A stretch of DNA of 64,000 nucleotides from Nannocystis bainbridge (GTDB taxonomy: Bacteria; Myxococcota_A; Polyangia; Nannocystales; Nannocystaceae): contig NZ_JAQNDL010000002.1 in the NCBI RefSeq assembly GCF_028368995.1, forward strand, positions 864,001 to 928,000, read 5' to 3'. A program made the translations under genes and the position numbers. Positions 31,888 through 42,304 of this stretch are shown here, in pieces. The notes beneath the pieces were generated by a model that was not told where the DNA came from, searched no databases, and worked only from the letters and a program-made list of their open reading frames with translations. The first letter of the stretch is position 1, and every line of letters starts with the position of its first letter.

Positions 31888-33621
31888 ATGACTCCGTCTG
31901 CGCGTCGTTCCTGGGTGTTTGCTCCTCTGCTGCTCGCCACTTGCGGCGGCGACGGCGGCCGCGACTCTGCGACCGCGGGGGCCGTGACGATGACGGGCTC
32001 GACCGTGCCGTCGACCACGCCGGGGATCCTGACCGAGCCCGGGACCTCCTCCGGCAGCACCACGAGCCCGACCACCGGCGACAGCGAGTCAGCGGGATCG
32101 ACCACCGAGGACGTGACGCCGACCGGCACCGGCGGGCTCAAGTTCGACCTCGGCGCCGGCGATCTCGGCGAGACCGGCGGCGGCCCGCCGGTGAACGTGT
32201 GCAAGGTGCAGGACGACATGGACGCGATCGGCGACTGCGAGATGGAGGCGCCGCCCGACAGCTTCGCGCCGGCGCTGCAGTGGTCGTTCGGCGAGAACCT
32301 GCAGTCGATGGTGACGCCGCTGGTCGGCAATTTCACCGACGACAACGCCGACGGCGCGATCGATCTTTGCGACGTCCCGGACGTGTTGCTCGTCGCCGGG
32401 CCGACGATCGGCTACGGCCAGATCTGCGAGCTGTTCGTGCTCGACGGCGCGACCGGGGCCCAGCACTTCGCCATCCCGACGAGCGAGAGCCTGTCGTGCT
32501 TCGCCACGCCGGCGTTCGCCGACATCGACAACGACGGCCTGCCCGAGATCGTGGCGATCTGGAACAGCGGCGGGGTCTACCGCCTCAAGGCGTTCGAGCA
32601 CGACGGCACGCTCAAGTGGGCCAACACGATCGACGGCGGCCAGGCCGAGCAGTTCTACCGCGAGACCGGGGCGGTGGCGATCCACGACCTCGACGCCGAC
32701 GGCGACGCCGAGATCATCTTCAACCACGAGGTCTACGACCACAACGGCGTGCTGCTGTGGGCCCAGACCAACCCGCAGCCGGGCGAGCTCGAGGCGAGCG
32801 TGGGCGTCGACCTCGACGGCGACGGCAAGATGGAGGTCGTCACCGGCCACGCGGCCTACCGTCACGACGGCACGGTGTACTGGGACAACTACCCGCAGGT
32901 GACGGCGCAGTCGATCCCGCAGATCGCCAACCTCGACGACGACCCGTTCCCCGAGGTGTTCATCACCTCGGGCCAGGGGCTGTGGATGCTCGAGCACGAC
33001 GGCACGGTGAAGTGGGGCCCGGCGACGCCGACGGGGGTGCAGCCCTCGGGCTACTTGACGTGGATGCGGCCCGGCACGGTGCACGACTTCGACGGCGACA
33101 GTCTCCCTGAGTACGCGTCGTCGTCGAGCCAATACTACGCGGTCTACGAGGGCAACCCGGCGACGGTGCTGTGGCAGTCGCAGGTGTTCGACAGCTCGGG
33201 CGCCGCCGGCGGCACCGCGTTCGATTTCCTCGGCGACGGCGTGGCCGAGGCGATGTACGCCGACGAGCAGAACTTCCGCATCTACGACGGGGTCACCGGC
33301 GCGGTGGTGCTGACGCAGGCGCGCGTCAGCTACACGCTGAGCGAGTACCCGATCGTGGCCGACGTCGACAACGACGGTTCGGCCGAGATCTTGGTGGTGT
33401 CGCTGTCGGGCCAGCCGGCCCTGCAGGTGCTGCGCGACGCCGAGGACCGGTGGATCCAGGCGCGACGGATCTGGAACCAGCACGCCTACTACGTCACCAA
33501 CGTGCGCGAAGACAGCACCCTGCCGACCACGCCGGTCGACAACTGGAAGCTGTTCAACACCTATCGGACCAACGCCCAGATCGAGGGCGGCGGGCTGTGC
33601 AATCCCAACCCGCCGGGCTGA
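31888..33621 (+). CDS. FG-GAP/VCBS-repeat lipoprotein
   Basis: LATC lipobox, Thr-rich linker, repeated DxDxDG..E motifs, WNQHAY. Confidence 0.85.
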   Translation: MTPSARRSWVFAPLLLATCGGDGGRDSATAGAVTMTGSTVPSTTPGILTEPGTSSGSTTSPTTGDSESAGSTTEDVTPTGTGGLKFDLGAGDLGETGGGPPVNVCKVQDDMDAIGDCEMEAPPDSFAPALQWSFGENLQSMVTPLVGNFTDDNADGAIDLCDVPDVLLVAGPTIGYGQICELFVLDGATGAQHFAIPTSESLSCFATPAFADIDNDGLPEIVAIWNSGGVYRLKAFEHDGTLKWANTIDGGQAEQFYRETGAVAIHDLDADGDAEIIFNHEVYDHNGVLLWAQTNPQPGELEASVGVDLDGDGKMEVVTGHAAYRHDGTVYWDNYPQVTAQSIPQIANLDDDPFPEVFITSGQGLWMLEHDGTVKWGPATPTGVQPSGYLTWMRPGTVHDFDGDSLPEYASSSSQYYAVYEGNPATVLWQSQVFDSSGAAGGTAFDFLGDGVAEAMYADEQNFRIYDGVTGAVVLTQARVSYTLSEYPIVADVDNDGSAEILVVSLSGQPALQVLRDAEDRWIQARRIWNQHAYYVTNVREDSTLPTTPVDNWKLFNTYRTNAQIEGGGLCNPNPPG

Positions 33622-33755
33622 TCGGGGTGGCCTTCGGGACATGTCTGAAGAGTCATGTCCCGTGGTCCCGACGGTGCGCGCGGAGGAGACGGAGCGCTTG
33701 CTGGACGCCACGAGGCGTGACAAAAATGGAGCTCTGCGAGCGGGTTTTCGTCCTT

Positions 33756-34781
33756 ATGAAGGACGCCCTCAGGCTCCTCGATATCCATGGTGTCGCCGCT
33801 GTTCTCTTCGTCGCGAACGTGCTCCTCGCGGCGTGCTATCGTCCCTGCGACGAATGGGTCTCAACTCCGCTCGACGGGCGTATCCGCAAAGCGGAAGGTA
33901 TCGTAGCGATTGGTGCCGACGGCAGTGTGTTCGGGAGGCGCCGCGTTCAGGGCTTTCCGCCGACCGAGTTCACTGAGCTCTTGTTCTCAGCTCCTGAGCC
34001 GCTGTTGGCGCTCCACACTCCAGCCTTCGAGGGTTTATACGACCTGGAGGCGAGATATGCGGTCGTCGGAGAGCGCGGAACGATAGCGATTTCCAAAGGG
34101 AATGGCGTGGAGTGGGACCTCGTGCCAGCGCCGACGACCGAGGACCTCTACGGGGTTCGATTTTTTTGCGGACAGCCCGATCGCGGGCTCGTCAGCGGCG
34201 CAGCAGGCGTGATCCTCTCCACGGAGGCGGGCGGGGCGGCATGGGAGCTTCGTCCTTCTGGCACGTCGCAGGCGCTCCGCGCCGTCACGGTGCTTCGAGA
34301 CGGCGTCGCGGTCGCAGTCGGCGACGCCGGCACCATCATCCGCTCCGAAGATTATGGAGCGACCTGGTCGCCAGTCGCTTCCGGCACCGCCAAAGACCTG
34401 GCCTCGGTGGATTTCGGCGACTGCTGGGACCACTCGACTGTCGGGGACGAGCTGGGCATCGCGGTCGGGGCTGACGGGGTCGTTCTGGTGTCCGAGAATC
34501 GGGGAGAGACCTGGAAGCAGGCGTCACTGCCGATCCAGCACGATCTCAGGCAAGCGCAGCTCAACTACCGGTCCCCCAGCGCGCCAGAGCCTTACGCGGC
34601 GCTGGTCGGCGACGACGAGATCGTGTTCTGGGAGTTCGGCACGGATGCGCCGTTCGATCGGCTCACGTTCCCGACCCAAGTTTATGCGCTCGAGGACCGC
34701 GATTCGCCCCAGTATGCTATCGGGGACGCGCAGATATTCTCGCGCAAACGGGACGAGTGGTGTCCGGGCCGGTTCGATTGA
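33756..34781 (+). CDS. YCF48/BNR-like beta-propeller lipoprotein (start 33726 or 33756)
   Basis: Repeats AVGDAGTIIRSEDYGATW, AVGADGVVLVSENRGETW; LAAC lipobox; less biased codons. Confidence 0.78.
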   Translation: MKDALRLLDIHGVAAVLFVANVLLAACYRPCDEWVSTPLDGRIRKAEGIVAIGADGSVFGRRRVQGFPPTEFTELLFSAPEPLLALHTPAFEGLYDLEARYAVVGERGTIAISKGNGVEWDLVPAPTTEDLYGVRFFCGQPDRGLVSGAAGVILSTEAGGAAWELRPSGTSQALRAVTVLRDGVAVAVGDAGTIIRSEDYGATWSPVASGTAKDLASVDFGDCWDHSTVGDELGIAVGADGVVLVSENRGETWKQASLPIQHDLRQAQLNYRSPSAPEPYAALVGDDEIVFWEFGTDAPFDRLTFPTQVYALEDRDSPQYAIGDAQIFSRKRDEWCPGRFD

Positions 34782-34938
34782 GTTCTCGACTCGACCGCTG
34801 CGCCGATCGTGTGGCCTTGGGGACATGTCGAAATGGGCATGTCCCGCGGTCCTGATGGTCCGTCGGCGGGCGATCGATCGAGGTGCTGGCGCTCGCGGCC
34901 GACATTGACCTGTCCGCGAGGACAGGCCCGCGCCTGGA

Positions 34939-35889
34939 TCACGGCTTCAGCCGCGGCTGGGTGCGGGTGTGACGGTCGGGGTGCGGGTTGCCGGCCTCGT
35001 CCTGCCACGGGAACACGCGCAGCGACGGATCGCTGTCGGGGTCCCACGCGACCAGGCCGAGGCCCTCGATGTCGCGCGGGACCATGTCCCAGTCGTAGCG
35101 GAACATCGGGTTGTGAGCGTTGCCGAGGCGATCGAAGATGCGCACCTCGAATGACAGGCGGCACCACGTGCGGTACGTGTCGACCTCGGCCGCGGCGCCG
35201 CGGTGCACGGTGTACGCGTCCATCAGCGTCAGCTCCCACGGCGCGGCGTACCAGGCGTGGGCGCTCTGCGTCCGGGCGACCTGGTTGTTCATCTCGAAGA
35301 AGAAGTTATGGCGCGCCTCGTCGAGGCCGGTGAATTCGAACGGCTGGACGTAGTAGGCCGTCGGCAGGCAATCGGTCACGGTGTACGTGTGGTTGATGCG
35401 GACCTTGGGCTGCCAGCGGGCGCCCTGGAAGCCGTCGACGTGGCAGGGCGCCTCGCGCTGCAGCACGCCGCCGCGCACGGGGCCCTGGTCGACGGTGAGG
35501 TAGCAGTAGAACTCGTCGTAGTGGCACGGGTTGACGGCGAGCTCGAGGTCGGCGACGCGCTGGACCAGCCAGCGCAGCTGCGCCAGCTCGGCGGGCAGGC
35601 GGAAGTCCGAGCCGGGGAACTTGATCGGCATGTCGAGGGTGCGCGGCATGCCGGGGCGCACCAGCGCGGCGCGCTCGGCCTCGGGGACCTGGCCGAGCTC
35701 GACGGGGCGGCGCGCGACCTTGAATTGCTCGAGATCCCAGATCGTGCCGATCTGGGCGAGGATCGGCGAGTCGGCCGGGAGCGCGGGCAGGATGGCCTTT
35801 GGGTCAGGTTCGATCCGCACGCCGCTGCTGGCGAGGCCGGGGACCGTGTAGTGCTTGCCGCGGTAGCCGAGCTGGTGGACGTCCGTCAC
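34939..35889 (-). CDS. Putative 2OG-Fe(II) dioxygenase-like protein
   Basis: HVD...H(VHRG)...R(RTWCRLSF) pattern; GTGA coupling to upstream oxidoreductase. Confidence 0.55.
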   Translation of the reverse strand: MTDVHQLGYRGKHYTVPGLASSGVRIEPDPKAILPALPADSPILAQIGTIWDLEQFKVARRPVELGQVPEAERAALVRPGMPRTLDMPIKFPGSDFRLPAELAQLRWLVQRVADLELAVNPCHYDEFYCYLTVDQGPVRGGVLQREAPCHVDGFQGARWQPKVRINHTYTVTDCLPTAYYVQPFEFTGLDEARHNFFFEMNNQVARTQSAHAWYAAPWELTLMDAYTVHRGAAAEVDTYRTWCRLSFEVRIFDRLGNAHNPMFRYDWDMVPRDIEGLGLVAWDPDSDPSLRVFPWQDEAGNPHPDRHTRTQPRLKP

Positions 35890-36842
35890 GCCTCCGTCAT
35901 CTCGCACAGGCCGCGGACGTTGGCGAGGCCCTCGACGGCGTCGACCTCGGGCGCGCGGCCGTGCGCGACGGCGTCGACGAAGTCCTGGAGCTCGCCGAGG
36001 TAGGGGTCGGCTGGCTCATAGGACAGCTCGCGGTCGCCCACGACGATCCGGCCGCCGCCGTGCGGGCCGAGGACCTCGTCGCCGCGGGCCGAGCCGGCGT
36101 CGCCGAACACCTCGATCGTCCGCGGGGCGCGGAAGACGACCGAGGTGAGGATGTCGGCCGTGGCGCCGCTGGCGAACCGCAGCGCGACCGCGGCGGTCTC
36201 GTCGTGGGGGCTGCGGTGGACCGGGCTGCTGGTGAGCGCGCGGGCGTGCTCGATCTCGCCGCACGCGGGGCGCAGGAACCAGCGCACGAGATCGAGGCAG
36301 TGGGTGCCGACGGCCGCGAGCGACCACCAGCGGCCGACCTCGGGCGAGGCGCGCCAGTTGCCGGCGTCGCGCTCGACGAAGGTCCAGGTCGCGCGCATGT
36401 GCAGCACGCGGCCGAGCTCGCCGGCGAGCACGCGCGCGCGCAGGGCCCGGAGGCCGGGGTGAAACCGCAGGTGATAGCCGACGGCGAGGCGGACCCCGGC
36501 GGCCTCGCACGCGCGCACGACGGCCTCGGCGTCGGCGACGGAGGTGGCCATCGGCTTCTCGACGAACACGTGCTTGCCTGCCGCGGCGGCGGCGATCGCC
36601 TGGGCCGCGTGCAAGCGGTCGGGGGTGGCGATCACGACGGCGTCGAGGCGCGGGTCGGCGAGCATGTCGGCGAGGTCGCCGAAGATCGGACCGCGCGCGC
36701 CGTGGCGGGCGGCGAAGATTCGTGCGCGCTCCGGGTCGCGCGAGCACACGCTCCACAGCGTCGCGCCGCGGAGCTGCTGCAGGGCCGGCGCGAGGCGGCG
36801 ATCGGCGATCGATCCGGGGCCGACGACTCCGATGTGCAGCAC
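35886..36842 (-). CDS. Gfo/Idh/MocA family oxidoreductase
   Basis: IGVVGPGSIA, IATPDRLH, GKHVFVEKP, GTHCLD. Confidence 0.92.
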   Translation of the reverse strand: MLHIGVVGPGSIADRRLAPALQQLRGATLWSVCSRDPERARIFAARHGARGPIFGDLADMLADPRLDAVVIATPDRLHAAQAIAAAAAGKHVFVEKPMATSVADAEAVVRACEAAGVRLAVGYHLRFHPGLRALRARVLAGELGRVLHMRATWTFVERDAGNWRASPEVGRWWSLAAVGTHCLDLVRWFLRPACGEIEHARALTSSPVHRSPHDETAAVALRFASGATADILTSVVFRAPRTIEVFGDAGSARGDEVLGPHGGGRIVVGDRELSYEPADPYLGELQDFVDAVAHGRAPEVDAVEGLANVRGLCEMTEA

Positions 36843-36907
36843 GGCCCACGCTACCACGCGGACCTCGAACGGCCGCGCGGGCCGGACCTGCGAACGCGAG
36901 CGCGCTT

Positions 36908-36945
36908 TTACATGTTCGATAGGACATGTCTGTAGAGACATGACC
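36908..36945. repeat. 14-bp-period array
   Basis: CATG at 36911, 36925, 36939; between divergent genes. Confidence 0.8.
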
Positions 36946-37135
36946 TTGAATTGCGGAGACGGGGCCGGGGGGCGGCGCCGCGGCGCTCTGCGGTGATCTC
37001 CGCCGGCCGCGCCGATGCGATCATTCCCACGCGTGGGCGCCAGGAGGCGTTTGCGAGCGGTTCACGGGCCTGGGCGGGGCTCGCGCGACTAGGCACTTCG
37101 TGACGCTTCCGTCACGATTCCGCCACCCAACCGTG

Positions 37136-38557
37136 ATGTCGTCGTTCGCCGCCCTCGCGCTCACCTTGCCGCTGATGCAGGCGGCGCCGACGTCCCGGCT
37201 GCTCGTCGACGCGCCCGAGGCCGTGCCGACACCCGAGCGGTCGACGGTCGACGCCGCGCCGGTCGCGGGCGCGCCGGCATCGGTCGCCTCCGAGCCGACG
37301 CACAAGGGGGCCGACGAGGCGGCGCCGGGGCCCGAGGGACCGGCGGCGATCGAGGCCGAGCCGGAGCAGCTCGATCGCAAGGCGACGGCGAAGGTCGAGA
37401 AGTTCAAGTACAAGCCGGGCCGCGGGTTCGAGTTCGCGACGAAGGACGGCAACTACGCGCTGACGATCCGGGCCCGCTTGCAGGTCCGCTACGACCTCGA
37501 GCACCCGAACGTGCCGAACGAGCCGATCGACCACGTGCTGCAGATCCGGCGCGCGCGCGTGGTGTTCTCCGGCAACGTGTTCGGCAAGCACAACCGCTAT
37601 TACATTCAGTTCGGCTTCTCGCCGCGCGACATGCTCGGCGGGCTGCCCGACAACTCGCCGAGCATCCGCTACAACCCGGTCCGCGACGCCCGCATGGAGT
37701 TCACGTACCTGCGCGACGCGACGGTCTGGCTCGGCCAGATGAAGGTCCCGTTCAGCCGCCAGCGCGTGATCTCGTCGGGCAACCAGCAGTTCGTCGATCG
37801 CTCGAGCGTGAACGAGGAGTTCAACCTCGACCGCGACCTCGGCCTGGTGCTGCGCTCGGACGACATCGGCGGGCTCGGCCGCCTCAAGTACGCGCTTGGC
37901 GTGTTCATGGGCGACGGCCGCAACCTCTACGAGCTGACCAACAGCGGCGCGCTGTACGTCGGCCGGCTGACGGTGATGCCGCTCGGCAAGTTCGAGGACG
38001 AGTCGGAGGCCGACCTCGAGCGGCTCAAGAAGCCGGGGCTGTCGCTGGCCGGGGCGTACGCGTACCACGACGACGCGCCCGGCGAGCGCGGGGTCCACGG
38101 GGCCCGGCCCGCCGACGGCGGCACGACCGACATCCACCACGCGACCGCCGACCTGATGTTCAAGTGGCGCGGGCTTTCGATCGAGTCGGCGTTCCACTAC
38201 CGCAAGGCCCGCCGGCGCAACCCCGGCGGCGCGGTCGACGAGATGGGCATGCCGGTGCCGGTGGCGCTGGCGCGCGACGGGATCGGGTGGTTCGGCCAGG
38301 TCGGCTACCTGATCCCGCCGGTCGACGTCGAGTTCGTGACCCGCTACAGCTTCGTCCGCAACATCTTCGGCGACAAGAGCTCGATGATCGACCGCGACGA
38401 GCTCGGCGGCGGCGTCAACTACTACATCGCCGAGCACAACTTCAAGATCGCGTTCGACTACTTCCGCGTGTGGGACGGGCTGCTCGGGCCGACGCCGCGC
38501 GAGGCGCTGGCCCACGGGATCGACCGGTTCCGCGTGCAGATCCAGCTGGCGTTCTGA
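37136..38557 (+). CDS. Phosphate-selective (OprO/OprP-like) porin
   Basis: QIRRARV, GQMKVPFS, DRDLG, GVNYY, terminal QIQLAF. Confidence 0.85.
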   Translation: MSSFAALALTLPLMQAAPTSRLLVDAPEAVPTPERSTVDAAPVAGAPASVASEPTHKGADEAAPGPEGPAAIEAEPEQLDRKATAKVEKFKYKPGRGFEFATKDGNYALTIRARLQVRYDLEHPNVPNEPIDHVLQIRRARVVFSGNVFGKHNRYYIQFGFSPRDMLGGLPDNSPSIRYNPVRDARMEFTYLRDATVWLGQMKVPFSRQRVISSGNQQFVDRSSVNEEFNLDRDLGLVLRSDDIGGLGRLKYALGVFMGDGRNLYELTNSGALYVGRLTVMPLGKFEDESEADLERLKKPGLSLAGAYAYHDDAPGERGVHGARPADGGTTDIHHATADLMFKWRGLSIESAFHYRKARRRNPGGAVDEMGMPVPVALARDGIGWFGQVGYLIPPVDVEFVTRYSFVRNIFGDKSSMIDRDELGGGVNYYIAEHNFKIAFDYFRVWDGLLGPTPREALAHGIDRFRVQIQLAF

Positions 38558-38565
38558 GGCGTTCG

Positions 38566-38600
38566 GGACATGTCGTCGAGGACATGTCCCGAAGGACCTG
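38566..38600. repeat. 14-bp-period array
   Basis: CATG 38569, 38583, CCTG 38597; convergent junction. Confidence 0.8.
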
Positions 38601-38603
38601 CGA

Positions 38604-39317
38604 TCACTGCTTGCAGTAGTCGTTCTGGTGGACGACGCCGTCGATGACGATCTCGGTGCCGGCGCGGATGACGAACTCGCTGAGGCCGACCTCGGAGTCG
38701 GCGTCGGCGTCCCAGTCGTAGGTGTAGCCGAGCTGCGTCCACGGGTAGCCGGGGTCGTCGCCGTAGGAGGCGGCCCGCAGGTCCTCGATCCAGGTCTTGT
38801 GGGCCGGATCGACGTCGGCGCGGAAGTCGAGCTGGGCGACCGAGTCGTCGATCTCGGGATCGGGGCTGGGCCGGAACATGCCGTCCAGCGGCACCCACAT
38901 GGTCACGAGGCGGTCCTTGCCGTTGTCGGCCGGGAGGCCCATGAGCTGCTCGAGGCGGGCCGAGAGGTCGGCGCCCTGCAGGCCGGTGGCGGTGCAGAAC
39001 TCCTTGAGCGAGGGGATCGGGGTGACCCACACCTCGACGCCGAGCGGCATGCTGGCGCCGTCCATGCCGTCGTAGCCGGACCACGAGGTCCAGGTGACCA
39101 TGAGGACGCGCCCCTGGTCGTCGAACATCAGGTCGGGGTTGTCGGGGGTGATGGCGACGAGGTCGTCGACGATCTCGTCGGCCTCGGGATCCGCGGCGTC
39201 TTCGACGGCGGCCCGATAGAGCTCGGCGGGCGTGGCCTCGGGCCCCGGCTCGGACTCGGTACAGGCGACCAGCGAGAGCGCGAACGTGAACGAAAGGACA
39301 GGGCGTAGCAGCGACAT
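38604..39317 (-). CDS. Hypothetical lipoprotein
   Basis: LVAC lipobox; FRPSPDPEI and YPWTQLGYTYDW blocks. Confidence 0.8.
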   Translation of the reverse strand: MSLLRPVLSFTFALSLVACTESEPGPEATPAELYRAAVEDAADPEADEIVDDLVAITPDNPDLMFDDQGRVLMVTWTSWSGYDGMDGASMPLGVEVWVTPIPSLKEFCTATGLQGADLSARLEQLMGLPADNGKDRLVTMWVPLDGMFRPSPDPEIDDSVAQLDFRADVDPAHKTWIEDLRAASYGDDPGYPWTQLGYTYDWDADADSEVGLSEFVIRAGTEIVIDGVVHQNDYCKQ

Positions 39318-39522
39318 GCGCGGAGGTTACACGCGCGACCGACGGCGGTTCAATCGCTGGCGCCCGCCGCAAACTCGCACGCGGGCGCCCGGGTGCGCCC
39401 AGTGGGCGCCCAGGAATCCGGGACGCGTCGCGCTGCCGAGCGCGAAGGGCGAACTGCAAGACGCGCGACGCGGCGGATGTCCGATGGGACAGGTCGTGGG
39501 CGACCGCGTCCCGGCGCGCGGA

Positions 39523-39942
39523 TCAGTGCTCGTGGCCGTGATCGTGGTCGTGGTCGTGATCGCAGCGACCTTCGGCGTGGGCCTTCTCGTGCTCTTCGAT
39601 CTGGCGGCGGATGTCGTCCATGTCCAGGCCCTGGATCTCGCCGACGAGCTCGTCGAGGGCCTTGGCGGGCAACATGCCGGCCTGGCGGAACAACAGGATG
39701 CCCTGGCGGAACACCATGACGGTGGGGATCGAGCGGATGTCGAAGGCGGAGGCCAGCTCTTGCTGGGCCTCGGTGTCGAGCTTGCCCCACACGACGCCCT
39801 GGTGGCGCTCGGAGGCGGCCTCGTAGACGGGGGCGAAGGCGCGGCACGGGCCGCACCAGCTGGCCCAGCAGTCGAGCACCACCGTGTCGTTGCCCTCGAC
39901 GGTGGCCTGGAAGTTGTCGCCGGTGATCTCGGTGGTGCTCAT
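39523..39942 (-). CDS. Thioredoxin with His/Asp-rich tail
   Basis: WCGPC, IRSIPT; C-terminal CDHDHDHDHGHEH. Confidence 0.92.
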   Translation of the reverse strand: MSTTEITGDNFQATVEGNDTVVLDCWASWCGPCRAFAPVYEAASERHQGVVWGKLDTEAQQELASAFDIRSIPTVMVFRQGILLFRQAGMLPAKALDELVGEIQGLDMDDIRRQIEEHEKAHAEGRCDHDHDHDHGHEH

Positions 39943-40038
39943 GTCATGTGCTCCTGGGCGCTTGCATAGCACCCGTCGTCGAAGGTCTGTCATGGTTCGG
40001 CGTGGCGCGCCGCCCGGGAACTCGCGCGCGCGGCCGCC

Positions 40039-40734
40039 TCAGCGGGAGAATTCGCCGAGGATGTCGGCGATGGGCCGGCCGGCGAAGCGCGCCCGGGCCT
40101 GGTCGCCGGTGGAGAACGAGCGGGAGAGCATGCGGTCGATGTAAAGGGTGCCGTCGAGGTGGTCGACCTCGTGTTGGAGGATCCGGGCGGGCCAGCCGCG
40201 CACCCGCAGGGTCTGCGGGTGACCGTGGCGGTCGAGCCCGGTGACCTCGACCTCGGCGTGGCGCTCGACCAGCGCGGTGTAGCCGTTGACGCTGAGGCAG
40301 CCCTCGAAGAAGGTCCGCGTGTCGGCGCCGATCGGCCGCAGTTCCGGGTTGATGACGACGTGCACCGGCAGCTCGACGCGCTCGCGCTCGCGCAGCTCGG
40401 CCGGCGTGAGGCGAGCCATGAGCTCGGGCCGATCTTCGAGCACGAGGATCCGCAGCGGGACGCCGATCTGCGGGGCGGCCAGGCCGACGCCCGGGGCGGC
40501 GCGCATGGTCTCGATCATGCGTTCGACGAGGTCCTGGATCTCCGGCGTGGCGATCCGCTCGGGCGCGAGCTCGGCCGCGCGGCCGCGCAGCACCGGGTGG
40601 CCGGCCTGGACGATGTCAGGGTGCGGACCGGTGGGCGCGGGCGTGGACGGCGGCATGGGCTTGGCGACGGTGGGGGCGCAGGCGGCGCTGGTGAGGGCGA
40701 GGGCGAGGAGCCGCGCGAGCGGGCGAGAGAGCAT
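40039..40734 (-). CDS. def: Peptide deformylase
   Basis: GVGLAAPQ, EGCLS, QHEVDHL. Confidence 0.93.
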   Translation of the reverse strand: MLSRPLARLLALALTSAACAPTVAKPMPPSTPAPTGPHPDIVQAGHPVLRGRAAELAPERIATPEIQDLVERMIETMRAAPGVGLAAPQIGVPLRILVLEDRPELMARLTPAELRERERVELPVHVVINPELRPIGADTRTFFEGCLSVNGYTALVERHAEVEVTGLDRHGHPQTLRVRGWPARILQHEVDHLDGTLYIDRMLSRSFSTGDQARARFAGRPIADILGEFSR

Positions 40735-41052
40735 GCGCGCTTCCGGCTAGCACGAATGACGGCGGGCCGGAAGCGACCGAGAGGGCGGTGCAAGGGCGAG
40801 GGGACCCGCCGGGGCGGACGGGAGTCCGGCGGCCGGTCGCTTCGCCGGGGCCGGGCTCGCAGGTGCGGGACGGAGCGCACGCGCCGTTCGAGCCTGGTTC
40901 TTCGGGCATGTCTTTCGGGACATGTGAATGGTGTGTCGCGGCGGCGCGGCCAGGCGACGAACGGGCCGGTCGGCGGACGGCGACCGCCGGGCGCGCCCGC
41001 GGAGGGCACGATCCCGCATGAAGCCGGCGGTGAGATCGGGTAGATCGAGGGC

Positions 41053-41592
41053 ATGTCGAGGGTCTTCACCCGCGAGCGCTGCATCCCGTGGCTGTGCGCC
41101 CGCGTGCCGGTCGACGACGAGCCGCAGGAGGTCGCGCTGTCGGTCGACGAGCTGTGCGCCCGGATCCCGCGCCGGGCGGCCCGGGGCCTGCGATGGTCGG
41201 GGGCGCTCGGGCTGGTGGCCGCGGCGGTGGTGCTGCTGACGGCGGCGCGCCCGGCTCGCGCGGACAGCTCCGGGGCGCGCCCGTCGGCCCGGTCGGTGGC
41301 CGGCTATACGCTCGGGGGCCTCGGCCTCGGCGCGCTGGCAGCGAGCCGTCGCCTCCACCGCAGCTCGCCGGGCCTGGCGGTGCTGTGCGCCGGGCGCGAC
41401 GCCGACCTCGATCCGCGGTCGCTGGCGGCGCTGGTCAAGACGGCGCGGGCCCGCCTGTCCGAAACGGCATGGCCGGAAGGACATGTGTGGTTGATCTCCG
41501 AGCGGCCGCTGGCGGCCGACCGCAGGGCCCACGCGGCCGCGCTCCAGGTCCGCTGCTTCGTGGCGGTGAACGGCCGCATCACCGAAGTGTGA
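41053..41592 (+). CDS. Hypothetical membrane protein
   Basis: Host-like codon usage, two hydrophobic segments. Confidence 0.5.
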   Translation: MSRVFTRERCIPWLCARVPVDDEPQEVALSVDELCARIPRRAARGLRWSGALGLVAAAVVLLTAARPARADSSGARPSARSVAGYTLGGLGLGALAASRRLHRSSPGLAVLCAGRDADLDPRSLAALVKTARARLSETAWPEGHVWLISERPLAADRRAHAAALQVRCFVAVNGRITEV

Positions 41593-41705
41593 CGGTGGGC
41601 GCGCGTGCGCGGGACGCCTCGTGCGGCGCGCGCCGCACGTGTCTGCATGGAGAGCGCGCGGGCCCCGATTGGTGGCGCGCAGCCGTCGGCCGATACTCGC
41701 GGCCG

Positions 41706-42218
41706 ATGAGCGTGGCGAAGCCGGAGTACTCGGGAGCAGCCTTGAATTCGTTCGTGCTGGCGTTCGGCGAGACGAACGCGGTGGTGCAGAAGATCCTCGC
41801 CGACGCGGGCGTGACGGCCATCGATCCGCAGGTCTGGTACGACTACGCGTGGGCCAGCGCGATCTACGAGCGGATCGGGGCGATGGTCGGCCGCGCGGCG
41901 GTGGTGAACGTCGGCCGCAAGATGATCGAGGCGGCCGCGTTCCCGCCCGGGATCGACAGCGTGCAGAAGGTGCTGATGAGCCTCGGGGCGGCCTTCAAGA
42001 TGAACACCCGCGGCGGGGACGTGGGCGACATCCTGTGCACGATCGAGGACGACTACAGCGCGACGATCGTCCGCACGCAGCGCGGGCTGTGCCCGTTCAA
42101 CATCGGCATCATCGAGGGCTGCTGCGCCCGCTACGGGGTCCAGCCGCTGATCGAGCACGGGGCCGACGGCTGCCAGGACGAGGGCGCGGCGACCTGCACG
42201 TACCACGTGAGCTGGTGA
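41706..42218 (+). CDS. Hypothetical V4R-like ligand-binding protein
   Basis: C...G..EG...EH...C...G...CTYHVSW ending. Confidence 0.7.
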   Translation: MSVAKPEYSGAALNSFVLAFGETNAVVQKILADAGVTAIDPQVWYDYAWASAIYERIGAMVGRAAVVNVGRKMIEAAAFPPGIDSVQKVLMSLGAAFKMNTRGGDVGDILCTIEDDYSATIVRTQRGLCPFNIGIIEGCCARYGVQPLIEHGADGCQDEGAATCTYHVSW

Positions 42219-42224
42219 GGCTGT

Positions 42225-42304
42225 CGGCATGTCTTCATAAACATGTCTGAATGGACATGTTTGATGGGGCATGGCCAAGAGAGCATGGCCGAGAGGGCAT
42301 GTTT
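42225..42304. repeat. 14-bp-period array
   Basis: CATG at 42228, 42242, 42256, 42270, 42284, 42298. Confidence 0.88.
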
